A DNA stretch of 56,296 bases, taken from the NCBI GenBank assembly GCA_964022095.1, contig CAXHZO010000015.1, forward strand, positions 1 through 56,296, in the 5' to 3' direction. The notes below the pieces were generated by a model, which saw nothing but the letters and a program-made list of their open reading frames with translations, was not told the origin of the DNA and did no database searches. Position numbers and translations under genes: made by a program. Below are positions 40,735 through 52,200 of this stretch, one piece after another. Each line of letters starts with the position of its first letter. Positions within the stretch are counted from its first letter, which is position 1. The DNA is from an uncultured Arcobacteraceae bacterium (GTDB lineage: Bacteria > Campylobacterota > Campylobacteria > Campylobacterales > Arcobacteraceae).

Positions 40735-43311
40735 ATGAGTTTAATAGCTGATTATAAAGCGCATACAGAAGAGAGACTTAATGAAGGTGGATTACCTCCA
40801 TTAGCTTTAACTGCTGAGCAAACTGCTGATTTAGTAGAATTACTAAAAGCAAGCACAGTTGAAGAAGCAGAGTACTGTTTAAATTTATTTAAAAATAAAA
40901 TTAACCCAGGTGTTGATGATGCTGCATACGTAAAAGCTGCATTTTTAAATGATGTTGTACAAGGTAATGTTGCATGTTCAGTAATTTCTAAAACTGAAGC
41001 TGTAGAGATTTTAGGAACTATGATGGGTGGATTTAACGTTACTCCATTAATAGAAGCACTTAAAGTTGAAGAAGTAGCAGAAATTGCAGCTACTCAATTA
41101 AAAAATACTATCTTAGTATATGATGCATTCAATGATGTAAAAGATTTAATGGATGCTGGAAATGCAAAAGCTAAAGAAGTTATCGAATCATGGGCAAATG
41201 CTGAGTGGTTTACTAACAAACCAGCTTTAGAAGAAGAAATTAAATTAACTGTTTACAAAATCCCTGGTGAAACAAATACAGATGATTTATCTCCTGCAAC
41301 TGTTGCATTTACAAGACCTGATATTCCATTACACGCAACTGCAATGTTACAGTCAAGAATGGAAAATCCATTAGATACAATGAAAGCTCTTAAAGAAAAA
41401 GGTAACCCATTAGCATACGTTGGTGATGTTGTTGGTACAGGAAGTTCAAGAAAATCAGGTATCAACTCAGTTCAATGGCATATGGGTAGAGATATTCCAG
41501 GTGTTCCAAATAAAAGAACTGGTGGTGTTGTAATTGGTTCAATTATTGCTCCAATTTTCTTCAATACTGCAGAAGATTCAGGATGTTTACCAATTGAAGC
41601 TCCAGTTGATGCTTTAGAAACTGGTGATGAAATTGTTGTTAAGCCATATGATGGTGTTATTACAAAAAATGGTGAAGTAGTTTCTGAATTCAAATTAGCT
41701 CCAAATACATTAACTGATGAAATGAGAGCAGGTGGAAGAATTCCTTTAATTATTGGTAAAGGTTTAACTGCAAAAGCAAGAGAAGTATTAGGTTTAGGTG
41801 CAACTGATATGTTCTTAGCTCCTGAGCAACCAGCTGATAACGGTAAAGGGTTTACTCAAGCACAAAAAATGGTTGGTAGAGCTTGTGGATTAGAAGGTGT
41901 TAGACCTGGTATGTACGTTGAGCCAATCGCTACAACTGTTGGATCTCAAGATACAACTGGACCAATGACAAGAGATGAAATTAAAGAACTTGCAGCATTA
42001 TCATTTGGTGCTGATATGGTTATGCAATCATTCTGTCACACTGCTGCTTACCCAAAACCAGCAGATATTAAATTAAGACATACTTTACCAGATTTCATCA
42101 ACTCTAGAGGTGGTGTTACATTAAGACCAGGTGATGGTGTTATTCACTCATGGTTAAATAGATTATGTTTACCTGATACTGTTGGTACTGGTGGAGATTC
42201 TCATACTAGATTCCCAATTGGTATTTCATTCCCAGCTGGTTCTGGTCTTATCGCATTTGCTGGTGTTACTGGTGCTATGCCATTAACTATGCCAGAATCT
42301 GTTTTAGTTAAATTCAAAGGTGAAATGCAACCAGGAATTACTTTAAGAGACTTAGTAAATGCTATTCCATACCAAGCAATTCAAGATGGTTTATTAACTG
42401 TTGAGAAAAAAGGTAAGAAAAACGTATTCGCTGGAACAATTATTGAGATTGCTGGTTTACCAGATCTTAAAGTTGAGCAAGCATTCGAATTATCAGATTC
42501 AGCAGCAGAGAGATCAGCAGCAGCTTGTTCTGTTCAATTAGATAAAGAACCAATCATTGAGTACTTATCTTCAAACATTGCTTTAATTGAAAAAATGATT
42601 GAAGAAGGTTACGAAGATGCTAGAACTTTACAAAGAAGAGCTGACAAAATGAAAGAATGGTTAGCTAATCCAGAGTTATTAACTCCAGATGCAGATGCAG
42701 AGTATAAAGCTGTAATCGAAATCGACTTAAATACAATTACTGAACCAATTTTAGCTTGTCCAAATGATCCAGATGATGTTGATACTTTAACAAACATCTT
42801 AGCTGATGATAAAAGAATCAAACAAATTGACGAAGTATTCGTTGGTTCTTGTATGACTAATATCGGATTATTTAGAGCACTTGGTGAAGTTCTTAAAGGT
42901 GAGGGTGAAGTTCCTACTAAATTATGGGTTGCACCACCAACAAAAATGGATGAAGCTCAATTAACTGAAGAAGGTTACTATGCAACATTTGCAGCAGCTG
43001 GTGCTAGATTAGAGATCCCTGGTTGTTCTTTATGTATGGGTAACCAAGCTTCTGTTTCTGAAAATGCAGCAGTATTCTCAACTTCTACAAGAAACTTTGA
43101 TAATAGACTTGGAAAAGGTTCTCAAGTTTACTTAGGTTCTGCAGAAGTAGCAGCAGTAACAGCACTTCTTGGAAGACTTCCAACTAAAGAAGAGTACATG
43201 GAAATCGTACCTAAGAAAATTACAGCTGAAAACAAAGATGGAGTTTATAAATACTTAAACTTCCACGAAGTTTCAACTGATCATTTAACTACGCTAGTTA
43301 CATCTAGATAA
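40735..43311 (+). CDS. acnB: Aconitate hydratase B
   Basis: [56 protein letters not shown]. Confidence 0.97.
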   Translation: MSLIADYKAHTEERLNEGGLPPLALTAEQTADLVELLKASTVEEAEYCLNLFKNKINPGVDDAAYVKAAFLNDVVQGNVACSVISKTEAVEILGTMMGGFNVTPLIEALKVEEVAEIAATQLKNTILVYDAFNDVKDLMDAGNAKAKEVIESWANAEWFTNKPALEEEIKLTVYKIPGETNTDDLSPATVAFTRPDIPLHATAMLQSRMENPLDTMKALKEKGNPLAYVGDVVGTGSSRKSGINSVQWHMGRDIPGVPNKRTGGVVIGSIIAPIFFNTAEDSGCLPIEAPVDALETGDEIVVKPYDGVITKNGEVVSEFKLAPNTLTDEMRAGGRIPLIIGKGLTAKAREVLGLGATDMFLAPEQPADNGKGFTQAQKMVGRACGLEGVRPGMYVEPIATTVGSQDTTGPMTRDEIKELAALSFGADMVMQSFCHTAAYPKPADIKLRHTLPDFINSRGGVTLRPGDGVIHSWLNRLCLPDTVGTGGDSHTRFPIGISFPAGSGLIAFAGVTGAMPLTMPESVLVKFKGEMQPGITLRDLVNAIPYQAIQDGLLTVEKKGKKNVFAGTIIEIAGLPDLKVEQAFELSDSAAERSAAACSVQLDKEPIIEYLSSNIALIEKMIEEGYEDARTLQRRADKMKEWLANPELLTPDADAEYKAVIEIDLNTITEPILACPNDPDDVDTLTNILADDKRIKQIDEVFVGSCMTNIGLFRALGEVLKGEGEVPTKLWVAPPTKMDEAQLTEEGYYATFAAAGARLEIPGCSLCMGNQASVSENAAVFSTSTRNFDNRLGKGSQVYLGSAEVAAVTALLGRLPTKEEYMEIVPKKITAENKDGVYKYLNFHEVSTDHLTTLVTSR

Positions 43312-43332
43312 TAATTATAAAAAACTAGATTT

Positions 43333-43366
43333 AAAAAAGCCAAGGATTAATTCCTTGGCTTTTTTT
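43333..43366 (+). terminator. Intrinsic terminator after acnB
   Basis: A6-GCCAAGGA-TTAAT-TCCTTGGC-T7. Confidence 0.88.
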
Positions 43367-43448
43367 ATATATAATAAATAGTGATTGATTTTTTATTAAT
43401 CATTAATATAATAAGATTAGACATAAATAAAAACTTTAAGGATTTATC

Positions 43449-44042
43449 ATATCAACTGCAAAAGAAACTAAGAAAAATACTATTATAGAAAATGCTCTAA
43501 AACTATTTTCGAAAAAAGGTTTTTATAATACAACAATCCCTGATATTGCAAAAGCAATGAAAATGAGTGTTGGTAATATGTATAACTATTTCTCTTCAAA
43601 AGAAGAACTTGCGAAGTATGCAATTAAATATTCTACAAATATTTTAGCAGCTGAACTTAGAGAAATTAATAGTATGGAAATATCTTCAAAAGAAAAAATA
43701 TCTGTATTTGTAAAAAAGTATTTAGAAAATGTACAACAATCACCGGAGGTTATTGAGTATTTTTTAAGAGTTTATTTATCAAATAGAGAAGTATTCAAAC
43801 AAGGTTGTGAAGGTTTTTTATGCGTAGGCGAGTTTGTAACAGAAGTTATGATTCTACTTGATGAAGGTGCACAAAATAAAGAGTTTAGAGAACAAGACTT
43901 TTTCCCTGCATTTGCAATGATTATGGGATGTCTTGGTGGATTTGCTTTTCTTTCAGGTGAGAAAGTTTTAGATAAAGATTTATTAGATTATAGTGATGCC
44001 GTTGCTGATAATATTTATCGAGCTTTAAAGTATGACGAGTAA
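43449..44042 (+). CDS. TetR/AcrR family regulator with probable ATA start codon
   Basis: The frame upstream of ATG 43557 encodes KKNTIIENALKLFSKKGFYNTTIPDIAKA, the first TetR helices. Stop at 43437-43439, AAGGA at 43438-43442, ATA at 43449. Confidence 0.85.
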   Translation: MSTAKETKKNTIIENALKLFSKKGFYNTTIPDIAKAMKMSVGNMYNYFSSKEELAKYAIKYSTNILAAELREINSMEISSKEKISVFVKKYLENVQQSPEVIEYFLRVYLSNREVFKQGCEGFLCVGEFVTEVMILLDEGAQNKEFREQDFFPAFAMIMGCLGGFAFLSGEKVLDKDLLDYSDAVADNIYRALKYDE

Positions 44043-44916
44043 AAAAAAACCTACAGTCGTATGGTTTCAAGCAATCACATGTAATGGAAATACTCATTCA
44101 TTACTTAGCGCTAATTCAAATAGATTAGAGCTATTTTTTAATAGTTTTAATCTTATTTATCATCCAAGTCTTACTATTGATAAATCTTTAGAAGACATTC
44201 TTAATTCAAAAACAAAAATAGATTTTTTATTAATAGAAGGTTCTGTTTCTAATAATAAGAAATTTTTTCAAATCTCTGATGATTCAACATATAATCATTT
44301 ACAAAAACTTATAAAAAAAGCAACATATGTTATTAGTGTTGGTTCTTGTGCTTCTTATGGCGGAATTCATTCTATGTTTAAAGAACATGAAGGTATTAAA
44401 AGTGTAGAAGAGTATTTTAGTAATAATTCTTTAGAGCATAAAATTATCAATTTAAGTGGTTGTCCTGTTCATCCTGAGTGGTTATTACAAACAATGTTTT
44501 CCTTAAAAGATTTTGCTTCAATAAAATTAGATGAAGATGGTAGACCAAAAGAGTTGTATAGTAGTTTAGTTCACCATGGCTGTACTAGAAATGAGTATTT
44601 TGAGTGGAAAGTAGAAGGGGAATTTGGTAAAAAAGAAGGATGCTTATTTTATGATCAAGGTTGTCGTGGTCCAATGACTCATGGCTCATGTAATAAAATA
44701 CTATGGAATGATGTTAGTAGTAAGACAAGAGCTGGCATGCCTTGTGTTGGATGTACTGAAAAAGATTTTCCAAGAAATAATATGTTAGAAACAAAGAAAA
44801 ATATTGGAATTCCACTACAAGTTCCACTGGGAATTTCTAAACGAGCATATCTATCAATTACAGGAATTGCAAAAACATTTAAAATTGATAGATTACATAA
44901 AAAACTAATGGATTAA
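44032..44916 (+). CDS. Cytoplasmic NiFe hydrogenase small subunit (group 2d-like)
   Basis: No Tat signal. CNGN, GSCASYGGI, SGCPVHP, HHGCTRNEYF, GCLF...GCRGP, PCVGCTE. Confidence 0.9.
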   Translation: MTSKKKPTVVWFQAITCNGNTHSLLSANSNRLELFFNSFNLIYHPSLTIDKSLEDILNSKTKIDFLLIEGSVSNNKKFFQISDDSTYNHLQKLIKKATYVISVGSCASYGGIHSMFKEHEGIKSVEEYFSNNSLEHKIINLSGCPVHPEWLLQTMFSLKDFASIKLDEDGRPKELYSSLVHHGCTRNEYFEWKVEGEFGKKEGCLFYDQGCRGPMTHGSCNKILWNDVSSKTRAGMPCVGCTEKDFPRNNMLETKKNIGIPLQVPLGISKRAYLSITGIAKTFKIDRLHKKLMD

Positions 44917-44919
44917 AAT

Positions 44920-46272
44920 TTGAAAACTGTTGATATAGTAGAAAGAATAGAGGGTGAAGCAAAACTTAATTGCTCATGGGAAAATGGAATTATAAGTGAT
45001 GCTCGAATTGATTTTTTAAATTTTAGAGGATTTGAGTATATGCTAGAGGGAAAAGCACCTTTAGATTCACTTATTTATACTCCAAGAATATGTGGTATTT
45101 GTGGGCAAGCTCATTTAAAAGCTACAGTTGATGCATTGGAAAATATTTATGAAAATATTGGTGAGAAGTTAGAAATTACCCCTAAAGCAAAACTACTTAG
45201 AGAAATTGGTCTTAATATTGAGATAATTGATTCTCATATTAAATGGTTTTACATGTTTATTTTACCAGATGTTATAAAGCTTGATACTCAAGACTTAGGG
45301 ATATATGAACCAATAAAAGGTAGAAGATGGCTTGAGAGTACAAAAGTTGCAAGTGAAACTATAAAGGCACTAGCAATTATAGGAGGTCAATGGCCACATA
45401 CTTCATATATGACTCCAGGTGGAGTTATGAGTGATCCTACATTATTAGATTTATCAGCTATGAATAGTTACTTAGATACTTCAATAAACTTTTTTGAAAG
45501 TGCAGTAGTAGGTCTTCCTTTTGATGATTACTTATCTTTTTCTAAACTTAAAGATTTAGATAAATTAAATGGTGACTTAAAGCAATTTAGTGATTTAGCA
45601 TTTAAATATTCACTTGATAAATATGGAAAATCATACGAAAGATTCATCACTTTAGGTGAAAGTTCTATATTTTGTTCTGGGAAGTATGATAAAAAAGTAG
45701 AAAAAAGTATTGATACAAGTAAAATCTTTGAGAGTGAAAAAAATACATTCACTATACATGATACTACTTCTGAAGATAAGCATACTTGGTCTAAATCAGT
45801 ACTTTATCAAAATAAATTTTATGAAACAGGTCCCCTTTCAAGAGCAATGGTTTCAAATAATAAATTTATTAAAAACATATACAAAGAGTACAAGGATAGT
45901 GTATATACTAGAGTACTAGCTAGGGTAAATGAGATTGCATTATTATTAAATGAAACAAAAAAACTAATCTCTCAAGTTGATATTTCTCAAGAATCATATA
46001 TTCAACCTAAAATAGATTTAAAGAGTTTAACAAATGTTTATGGAGAATCATCAATTGAAGCTACAAGAGGGTCTTTATATCATAAACTTGCGATAAATGA
46101 AGGTAAAATCTTTACTTATAATATTATTACTCCAACAGTTTGGAACTTAGGTCCAAAGTATAGCGATCAGCTGGGAATTGCACAAAATGCTATTATTGGT
46201 AGTCCAAGTATTGAAATTGCAAAAATCATCTTACGAAGTTTTGATGTATGTTCTGTATGCACTACTCATTAA
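44920..46272 (+). CDS. Cytoplasmic NiFe hydrogenase large subunit (group 2d-like)
   Basis: ERIEGE, L1 PRICGICGQAH, L2 SFDVCSVCTTH at the very C-terminus. Confidence 0.92.
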   Translation: MKTVDIVERIEGEAKLNCSWENGIISDARIDFLNFRGFEYMLEGKAPLDSLIYTPRICGICGQAHLKATVDALENIYENIGEKLEITPKAKLLREIGLNIEIIDSHIKWFYMFILPDVIKLDTQDLGIYEPIKGRRWLESTKVASETIKALAIIGGQWPHTSYMTPGGVMSDPTLLDLSAMNSYLDTSINFFESAVVGLPFDDYLSFSKLKDLDKLNGDLKQFSDLAFKYSLDKYGKSYERFITLGESSIFCSGKYDKKVEKSIDTSKIFESEKNTFTIHDTTSEDKHTWSKSVLYQNKFYETGPLSRAMVSNNKFIKNIYKEYKDSVYTRVLARVNEIALLLNETKKLISQVDISQESYIQPKIDLKSLTNVYGESSIEATRGSLYHKLAINEGKIFTYNIITPTVWNLGPKYSDQLGIAQNAIIGSPSIEIAKIILRSFDVCSVCTTH

Positions 46273-46362
46273 AAAATACTTCAATATAACCAAAAAATAA
46301 TTATTTAATACATATATAGTCATTAAAAGTATCAGGCTATTAATGGGCTATAATACAATAGT

Positions 46363-47281
46363 ATGATAGGAAAAAAAGGAGTTCCTATCAAAACTTTAAC
46401 AATTGGAAAGAAAATTATCTATTTAATAATAATTATCTCAATATTGGCTTTACATCAAGCTTCCTTATATTAAATTGGTTTGCAAGTCAAGCAGTAACAG
46501 AAACGTATATTAAAACAAAGAATGATTTAATATCTTTATCTAAAAATAGAATAGCTGCTAAATTAGATATTGGAATTTCAAATGCTATTGCTTTGTCTTC
46601 TAATGCAGATTTAAAAGTTTCTTTAAATGAAGAAGATAAAGAATTAGCCTTTGAAATATTTTCATCAGTAAACGATAATTATAAGAATAATACTAATTAT
46701 AAAAATATGAGAATACATATTCATAGAGCAGATGTCACGTCGTTTTTAAAAGTTTGGGACTCCGAAGATGAAAATGATGAGGACTTAAGTGAATCTAGAC
46801 CAACAATAAATAAAGTAAAAGAAACAAAAGCTCCTTTAAATAGTTTTGAAATTAGTGAGTTAGGACTAACTCTTAATTCTATTGTGCCTGTACTTGATTC
46901 TCGTAGATTAGGTGATAGTTATATTGGTTCTCTCGAACTTATTCAAAGTATAGATTCAATTGCAAAAATATTTGATAAAACAAAAGATGGATTTATTTTA
47001 CTTGTTGATAAAAAATTAATTTCTAAAAAATCAAAAGAAACTAAAATGATTCAAAATTATATTGTATCTCAAACTTTTGTAAGCAAAAATATTTTAGAAG
47101 ATTCAAAAAATATTAATATTAAACAACTGTTAAAAGATTCATTTTTTATTACTTCAAAGTATTTTTATGCATACGAAAATATAAAAGATTTCAAAGGAAA
47201 GAATATTGGTATTGCTTTACTTTCTAAGCCATTAAGTATTGTTAATAAAGATATTGAGAATGCAAAAGAGCTTATAAATAT
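46363..47281 (+). pseudogene. Methyl-accepting chemotaxis protein, 5' part (TM1 plus Cache-like sensor), frameshifted near 46443 and interrupted by the transposon
   Basis: KTLTIGKKIIYLIIIISI continues after a 1-nt shift as IGFTSSFLILNW... into the 46593 ORF, and joins in frame to the 3' part when the element is removed. Confidence 0.85.
47274..47281 (+). repeat. Left target-site duplication ATAAATAT
   Basis: Identical 8-mer at 53391-53398. Confidence 0.93.
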
Positions 47282-47305
47282 CGATATTATGTAGCAGATG
47301 CACAA
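47282..47305 (+). repeat. Left terminal inverted repeat CGATATTATGTAGCAGATGCACAA
   Basis: Reverse complement of 53367-53390 with one mismatch. Confidence 0.95.
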
Positions 47306-47366
47306 GACTTTTAGGCTAGTTTTCGGCTAAAATTTCAGTAATTTATTTTAATTATTGGAGTAAAAA

Positions 47367-47813
47367 ATGGCTGATTCTCACGTTATATCTGCACTATCAA
47401 AAAAAAGAGGTGAGCTTCTTGGCTCAATTAGACATTACAAAGAATTAATTTCATCTTTAGATAAAGACTTAGCTACTATAGATGCAACTATAAGAATATT
47501 TGAACCTGATTTTAAATTTGGTTCTACAAGAATCGTTAATAAACATAAAAGAAATAGATATTTTGAAACGGGTGAAGCAAGAAGACTTATTTTAGAAGCT
47601 CTTAAAGAGAAAAATGAACCTACAAGAACTGATGATTTAAGTGATATTGTTATGAATAAAAAATCTCTTAGTTTTGACAATGACTATGAACTTAAAAACT
47701 TTAGAAAATCAATTATAAGTGCATTAGGTACTTTAGAAAAAGATAATCTAGTTCAAAGAGTAGATAAAGAAGGTCTTGTTATTATCTGGAAGATTAAAGA
47801 GTTAGAGGATTAA
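47367..47813 (+). CDS. Transposon-associated hypothetical protein (coiled coil plus wHTH-like C-terminus)
   Basis: GGAG RBS. SHVISAL..KRGEL.G.I...DLATIDATIRIFEPD. Convergent with the transposase, with overlapping stops. Confidence 0.82.
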   Translation: MADSHVISALSKKRGELLGSIRHYKELISSLDKDLATIDATIRIFEPDFKFGSTRIVNKHKRNRYFETGEARRLILEALKEKNEPTRTDDLSDIVMNKKSLSFDNDYELKNFRKSIISALGTLEKDNLVQRVDKEGLVIIWKIKELED

Positions 47814-48826
47814 ATACCTAATCTTTCAGATAGTCTTTTGTTGCCTTGCCAATACCCATAAAACTCATTAGACACTAAAGAAGTTAAACATCTTGATAAA
47901 ATATCATCAAAAATCTCTTTATTTGATTTTCTTCTTGTATCTTCTCTATATGCAATTTCATTAGCATAATTAGATAAATATAAATTACCAATTTTATGTA
48001 AGTTACCATACTGCATTCTTCTAAATCTTGCATTATATGATTCACTTTGATTATTGTTTTCTCCATATACTCCTGAGTACTCTATTTGATGATTAACTCT
48101 ATTCATATCATAATGAGCAGTTAAATCGTCATAAGCATTTGATTCATCCGTATGGATTGAACTTCCAACTTTAATATATTTATGAGCTATAGTTTTAATA
48201 TCTGTAGAGTTTTCAGATTTTAAGATAAAAGTTTTAGTTTTTATTGCACCTACAGTTTCATCATTAAGCTCTGCTCTTTGTCTTAAAGAGATAACAACTC
48301 TTTTATTAGGCTTATGAACTTTTCTTCTATCAACTCTTTTATCTATTTGATTTTTTGGTCTTATATAGTGACCTACATATACACCGTCCATTTCACAAGT
48401 TCCTTCAAGCTTTTCATCTTCATTATAATCCATTAAAGATTCTCTAATCTTATGAGATAATACCCAAGCAGTTTTATATTGAACATCTAAATCTCTACTT
48501 AATTGTAAAGCTGAAATTGATTTAACTGCATTAGTAAATAAAGCAATTGCTAAAAGATATATTTTTAAAGGTTTTTTATGACTAGCAAAAATAGTTCCAC
48601 TAGTAACAGAAAATGTATGAAAACACTCTTTACATCTAAACTGCATTCTTGTTTTTAAAAAGTAATGTTTTTTAACTGAACCACAACAAGGACAAACTGG
48701 TTTACCATTAGTTGAACTCCATCTAACATTTTTAAATACTTCAAAAGCTTCCATATTAGACATCATCATAATTTTTACCATTGATAACTCTCTTGCTTTT
48801 GATGATAGTAGAAAATGTTGTGCCAT
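47810..48826 (-). CDS. IS1595-family DDE transposase
   Basis: Zn ribbon CPCC...CKEC, FSVTSGTIF, HTH ISALQLSRDLDVQYKTAW..HKIRE, EMDGVYVG, HTDES..Y, VNH..EY...NNQSES, Y.NEIAYRED. Confidence 0.93.
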   Translation of the reverse strand: MAQHFLLSSKARELSMVKIMMMSNMEAFEVFKNVRWSSTNGKPVCPCCGSVKKHYFLKTRMQFRCKECFHTFSVTSGTIFASHKKPLKIYLLAIALFTNAVKSISALQLSRDLDVQYKTAWVLSHKIRESLMDYNEDEKLEGTCEMDGVYVGHYIRPKNQIDKRVDRRKVHKPNKRVVISLRQRAELNDETVGAIKTKTFILKSENSTDIKTIAHKYIKVGSSIHTDESNAYDDLTAHYDMNRVNHQIEYSGVYGENNNQSESYNARFRRMQYGNLHKIGNLYLSNYANEIAYREDTRRKSNKEIFDDILSRCLTSLVSNEFYGYWQGNKRLSERLGI

Positions 48827-48992
48827 CTTTTATTCCTTAATGTTAAATGCTTTTTATAATATGTATTTTACACCTTGTTAGTTTAATTTCACATTAAATT
48901 GACTTAATTTTAAATGTAATTAGCATATTTTATAAGCTTAAATTAATATATTAATATGTAAAATACATCAAGATTAATACAAAGGTATTAAA

Positions 48993-49202
48993 ATGGATTT
49001 TGATACATTTTTAATAAAACTAAAAGAAGCTAGTTTATCAAAAGAGGAATTTGTGGAATTAACTGGAACAAACATGAATACCTTAAAAGGTTGGGCAACT
49101 GAGAGACAAGGTAGAAAAGTACAGCATTGGGTTGAGAGTTGGTTAAGTCTATATATGGATAATAAGAAAAAAGATATTGTAATTGAAGCATTAAGGAAAT
49201 AG
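48993..49202 (+). CDS. Small XRE/HTH-like DNA-binding protein (putative controller)
   Basis: LKEASLSKEEFVELTGTNMNTLKGW HTH pattern. Stop is 1 nt before the RM start. Confidence 0.75.
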   Translation: MDFDTFLIKLKEASLSKEEFVELTGTNMNTLKGWATERQGRKVQHWVESWLSLYMDNKKKDIVIEALRK

Positions 49203-49203
49203 T

Positions 49204-52200
49204 ATGCTAAAGCCAAATTTTATAAAAACTCATAATTTTATTAATATTATTTTGAAAAAGAAAGAGTTGCCATCAGGTTCAAAAGATTTTTTAATTAAAG
49301 AACTTCATAAATTAAACAACATTAATCCTGACGAGAGAGAAGAGAATCAAAAAACTTACATTAGAGATTTTTTATCTAATACTTTTGGATATAAAATTAA
49401 TACCGCTGGAGATATTGATTGGGCAATTTTAAATGAATTAAATAAAGTAGAAGTAATTATTGAAGTAAAAAGAATCAAAAATGATTCTGAAATGGTTACT
49501 AAAGAGAACTTCTTAAAAAAAGCTTTTTATGAAACAATTTTATACTTTATGAGAGAAAGAAATAAAAGCAATATTGATTTAAAACATATTGTTATCACAA
49601 ATATTAGTAGTTGGTTTGTTATAGATGCTACTGAATATGAAAGATTGTTTTGGAACAATAAAAAATTTAGAAAACAATTTTTAGATTGGGAAAATAAAAA
49701 AACTTTGGATAGTAAAACAGATTTTTTCTATGCTGAAATAGCAAAACCTTTTTGTGAATCCTTAAATAATTCAAGAAAAGTTTCATTGTTTGAAACAGAC
49801 AATGAATTAATTGATTTTACCCACTTTAATATCAAAGAATTACTTTTTAGTAATGCTGATAGAAATTTTTCTAATGTCTATAAACTTTTAAGTCCTGATA
49901 CCCTAATGAAAGATTTTTCTCCTAATGATGGAAATAGTTTAAATAAAAATTTTTATGATGAATTGCTTTATATTTTAGGACTGGAAGAAAAAAATATTAA
50001 TGGCAAGAAAAGAATTGTTAGAACTCAAAAAGAAATACAAGAGGGTTCTTTTTTTGAAAATATTTATACTAAACTTTACAGATATAACAAGCTATCTTCA
50101 AGTGAAGATGAAAATTTTAACAAAGTAATATCATTAATAATAGTATGGTTAAACAGGATATTATTTTTAAAATTATTTGAAAATCAATTAATTGGATTTG
50201 CAAAAGATGATAGTCTATCTTTTTTAAAAAATGAATTTATCAAAGATTTTGATGAGTTAGATAAATTATTCTTTGATGTGCTATCAAAAAAACCTGATGA
50301 TAGATATGAGGATATTAAAAAGAAGTTTAATTTTATTCCCTATTTGAATAGTTCTTTATTTGAAGAATCCGATGAAGAGAAGAATCTTATATTTATATCA
50401 CAGTTAGATTCAAATTCTAAAATTAAATTATACAAAAATACAGTTTTAAAAAATAAAGATGGAAAAAGATTAACTGGAGAAAGTACACTTATTGAATACT
50501 TATACGATTTTTTAAACTCATACAATTTCGGTAGCTTAAATAATAGCAACACGATAGAAGAACATCATAAAGAATTAATTAGTAGTTCGGTCTTAGGGTT
50601 AATTTTTGAAAAGATTAATGGGTATAAAGATGGTAGTTTTTATACTCCAAGTTATATAACTACTTTTATGTCAAGAAATATTCTTGAAAAAATGGTTTTT
50701 GACAAATTCAAAGAAATTAAAAATTGGAATTGTAAAACAATTGATGATTTATATGATAAAATAGATAATAAAATTGAAGCAAATGAAATAATAAATAGTT
50801 TGAAAATTTGTGATACTGCTGTTGGAAGCGGGCATTATTTGGTCTCTATGCTTAATGAAATGATTAGACTTAAATCAGAATTAGGGATACTTCTTGATAA
50901 GAATGGAAAGAGAATTAGAGACTATAAAGTATTAATAGAAAATGATGATTTAGCAATTAAAACTATTGATAATGAATATTTTACTTATCAAAAACCTAAA
51001 ACAGTAACAGAAAACCACTTAGTTCAAGAAACAATATTTTTAGAAAAACAGAAAATTATTGAAAACTGTTTATTTGGAGTTGATATAAATCCAAACTCAA
51101 TTAATATTTGCAGATTGAGACTTTGGATTGAACTTTTGAAAAGCACATATTATACAGAAGATAGTAATTTTGAATATCTTCACACTTTACCAAATATAGA
51201 TATAAATATTAAAACTGGAAATTCTTTGCTTACTAAATTCCCCTTGATAGACAATGAAAATATTCCAAAATCCTTAAAAAGTAAAATTGAAGATTATAAG
51301 TTATCTGTAAAAGAGTACAAAAGAACTGACAATAAATTATTAAAACATGAAATTAAAAATAAAATTAGAATTATGAAAGATGAGTTCACTAAAGATTTTA
51401 AAAATAATTCTCATAATATCGTAAAATTAAAAAGAATTTTAAATGGATACAATACTGCTAAAGAAGTCAAAAAAGGGTATATCCAACAATTTGGTTACGA
51501 AGGTTTAGTTAAAGACATTATTCTAAATTATGCAAATGATACAACTGATAGTTTATTTGATATTGGCAGTTCTATGAGTAAATCTCAAATTAAAGAGGCA
51601 AAAAAAATAAAGAAAGATATGCTAAAAACTATTAATTTATTATATAAAAATATAAAAAAAGCAGAAAATGACAAAATATATGAAAATTCTTTTGAATGGA
51701 GATTTGAATTTCCTGAAATTTTAGATGATGATGGAAAGTTTTTAGGGTTTGATGCAATAATAGGTAATCCGCCTTACATTAGAGAGCCTGACAATAAAGA
51801 TGCTTTTATTGGTTTACATGAATCACCTTGCTACAAAGGGAAAATGGATTTATGGTTTTTATTTGCTTGCAAGGGTATAGATTTATTAAAAGATAATGGA
51901 AGACTATCATTTATTGCTACAAATAATTGGGTGTCAAATTATGGTGCATCTAATTTCAGAAACAAGCTATTGCAAACCACCAAAATAGAAGAATATATTG
52001 ATTTTGGAGAATATTTTGTTTTTGATAGTGCAGATGTATTAACAATGATATTTACACTAAGTAAAACGAATGAGAATAATGATTACTTATGTAAATATTC
52101 TAAGGTTATTGATAAAACGATAAAAGAAGACGAGATAAAAGAATTCTTAAATAATGGTTCTAGTGAAAAAATAGAATGTTTTAACTCTTTAATGATTAAT

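Noticed and set aside
46593-47294. Independent Cache-domain protein
   Set aside because: Its stop codon lies in the left TIR, and it is the 5' half of the same receptor
48942-48955. ATTAATATATTAAT palindrome in the transposon intergenic region
   Set aside because: Pure A/T in an AT-rich region, likely chance
48974-49216. 80-aa minus-strand ORF in the transposon
   Set aside because: Shadow of the HTH gene, which has the RBS and operon coupling
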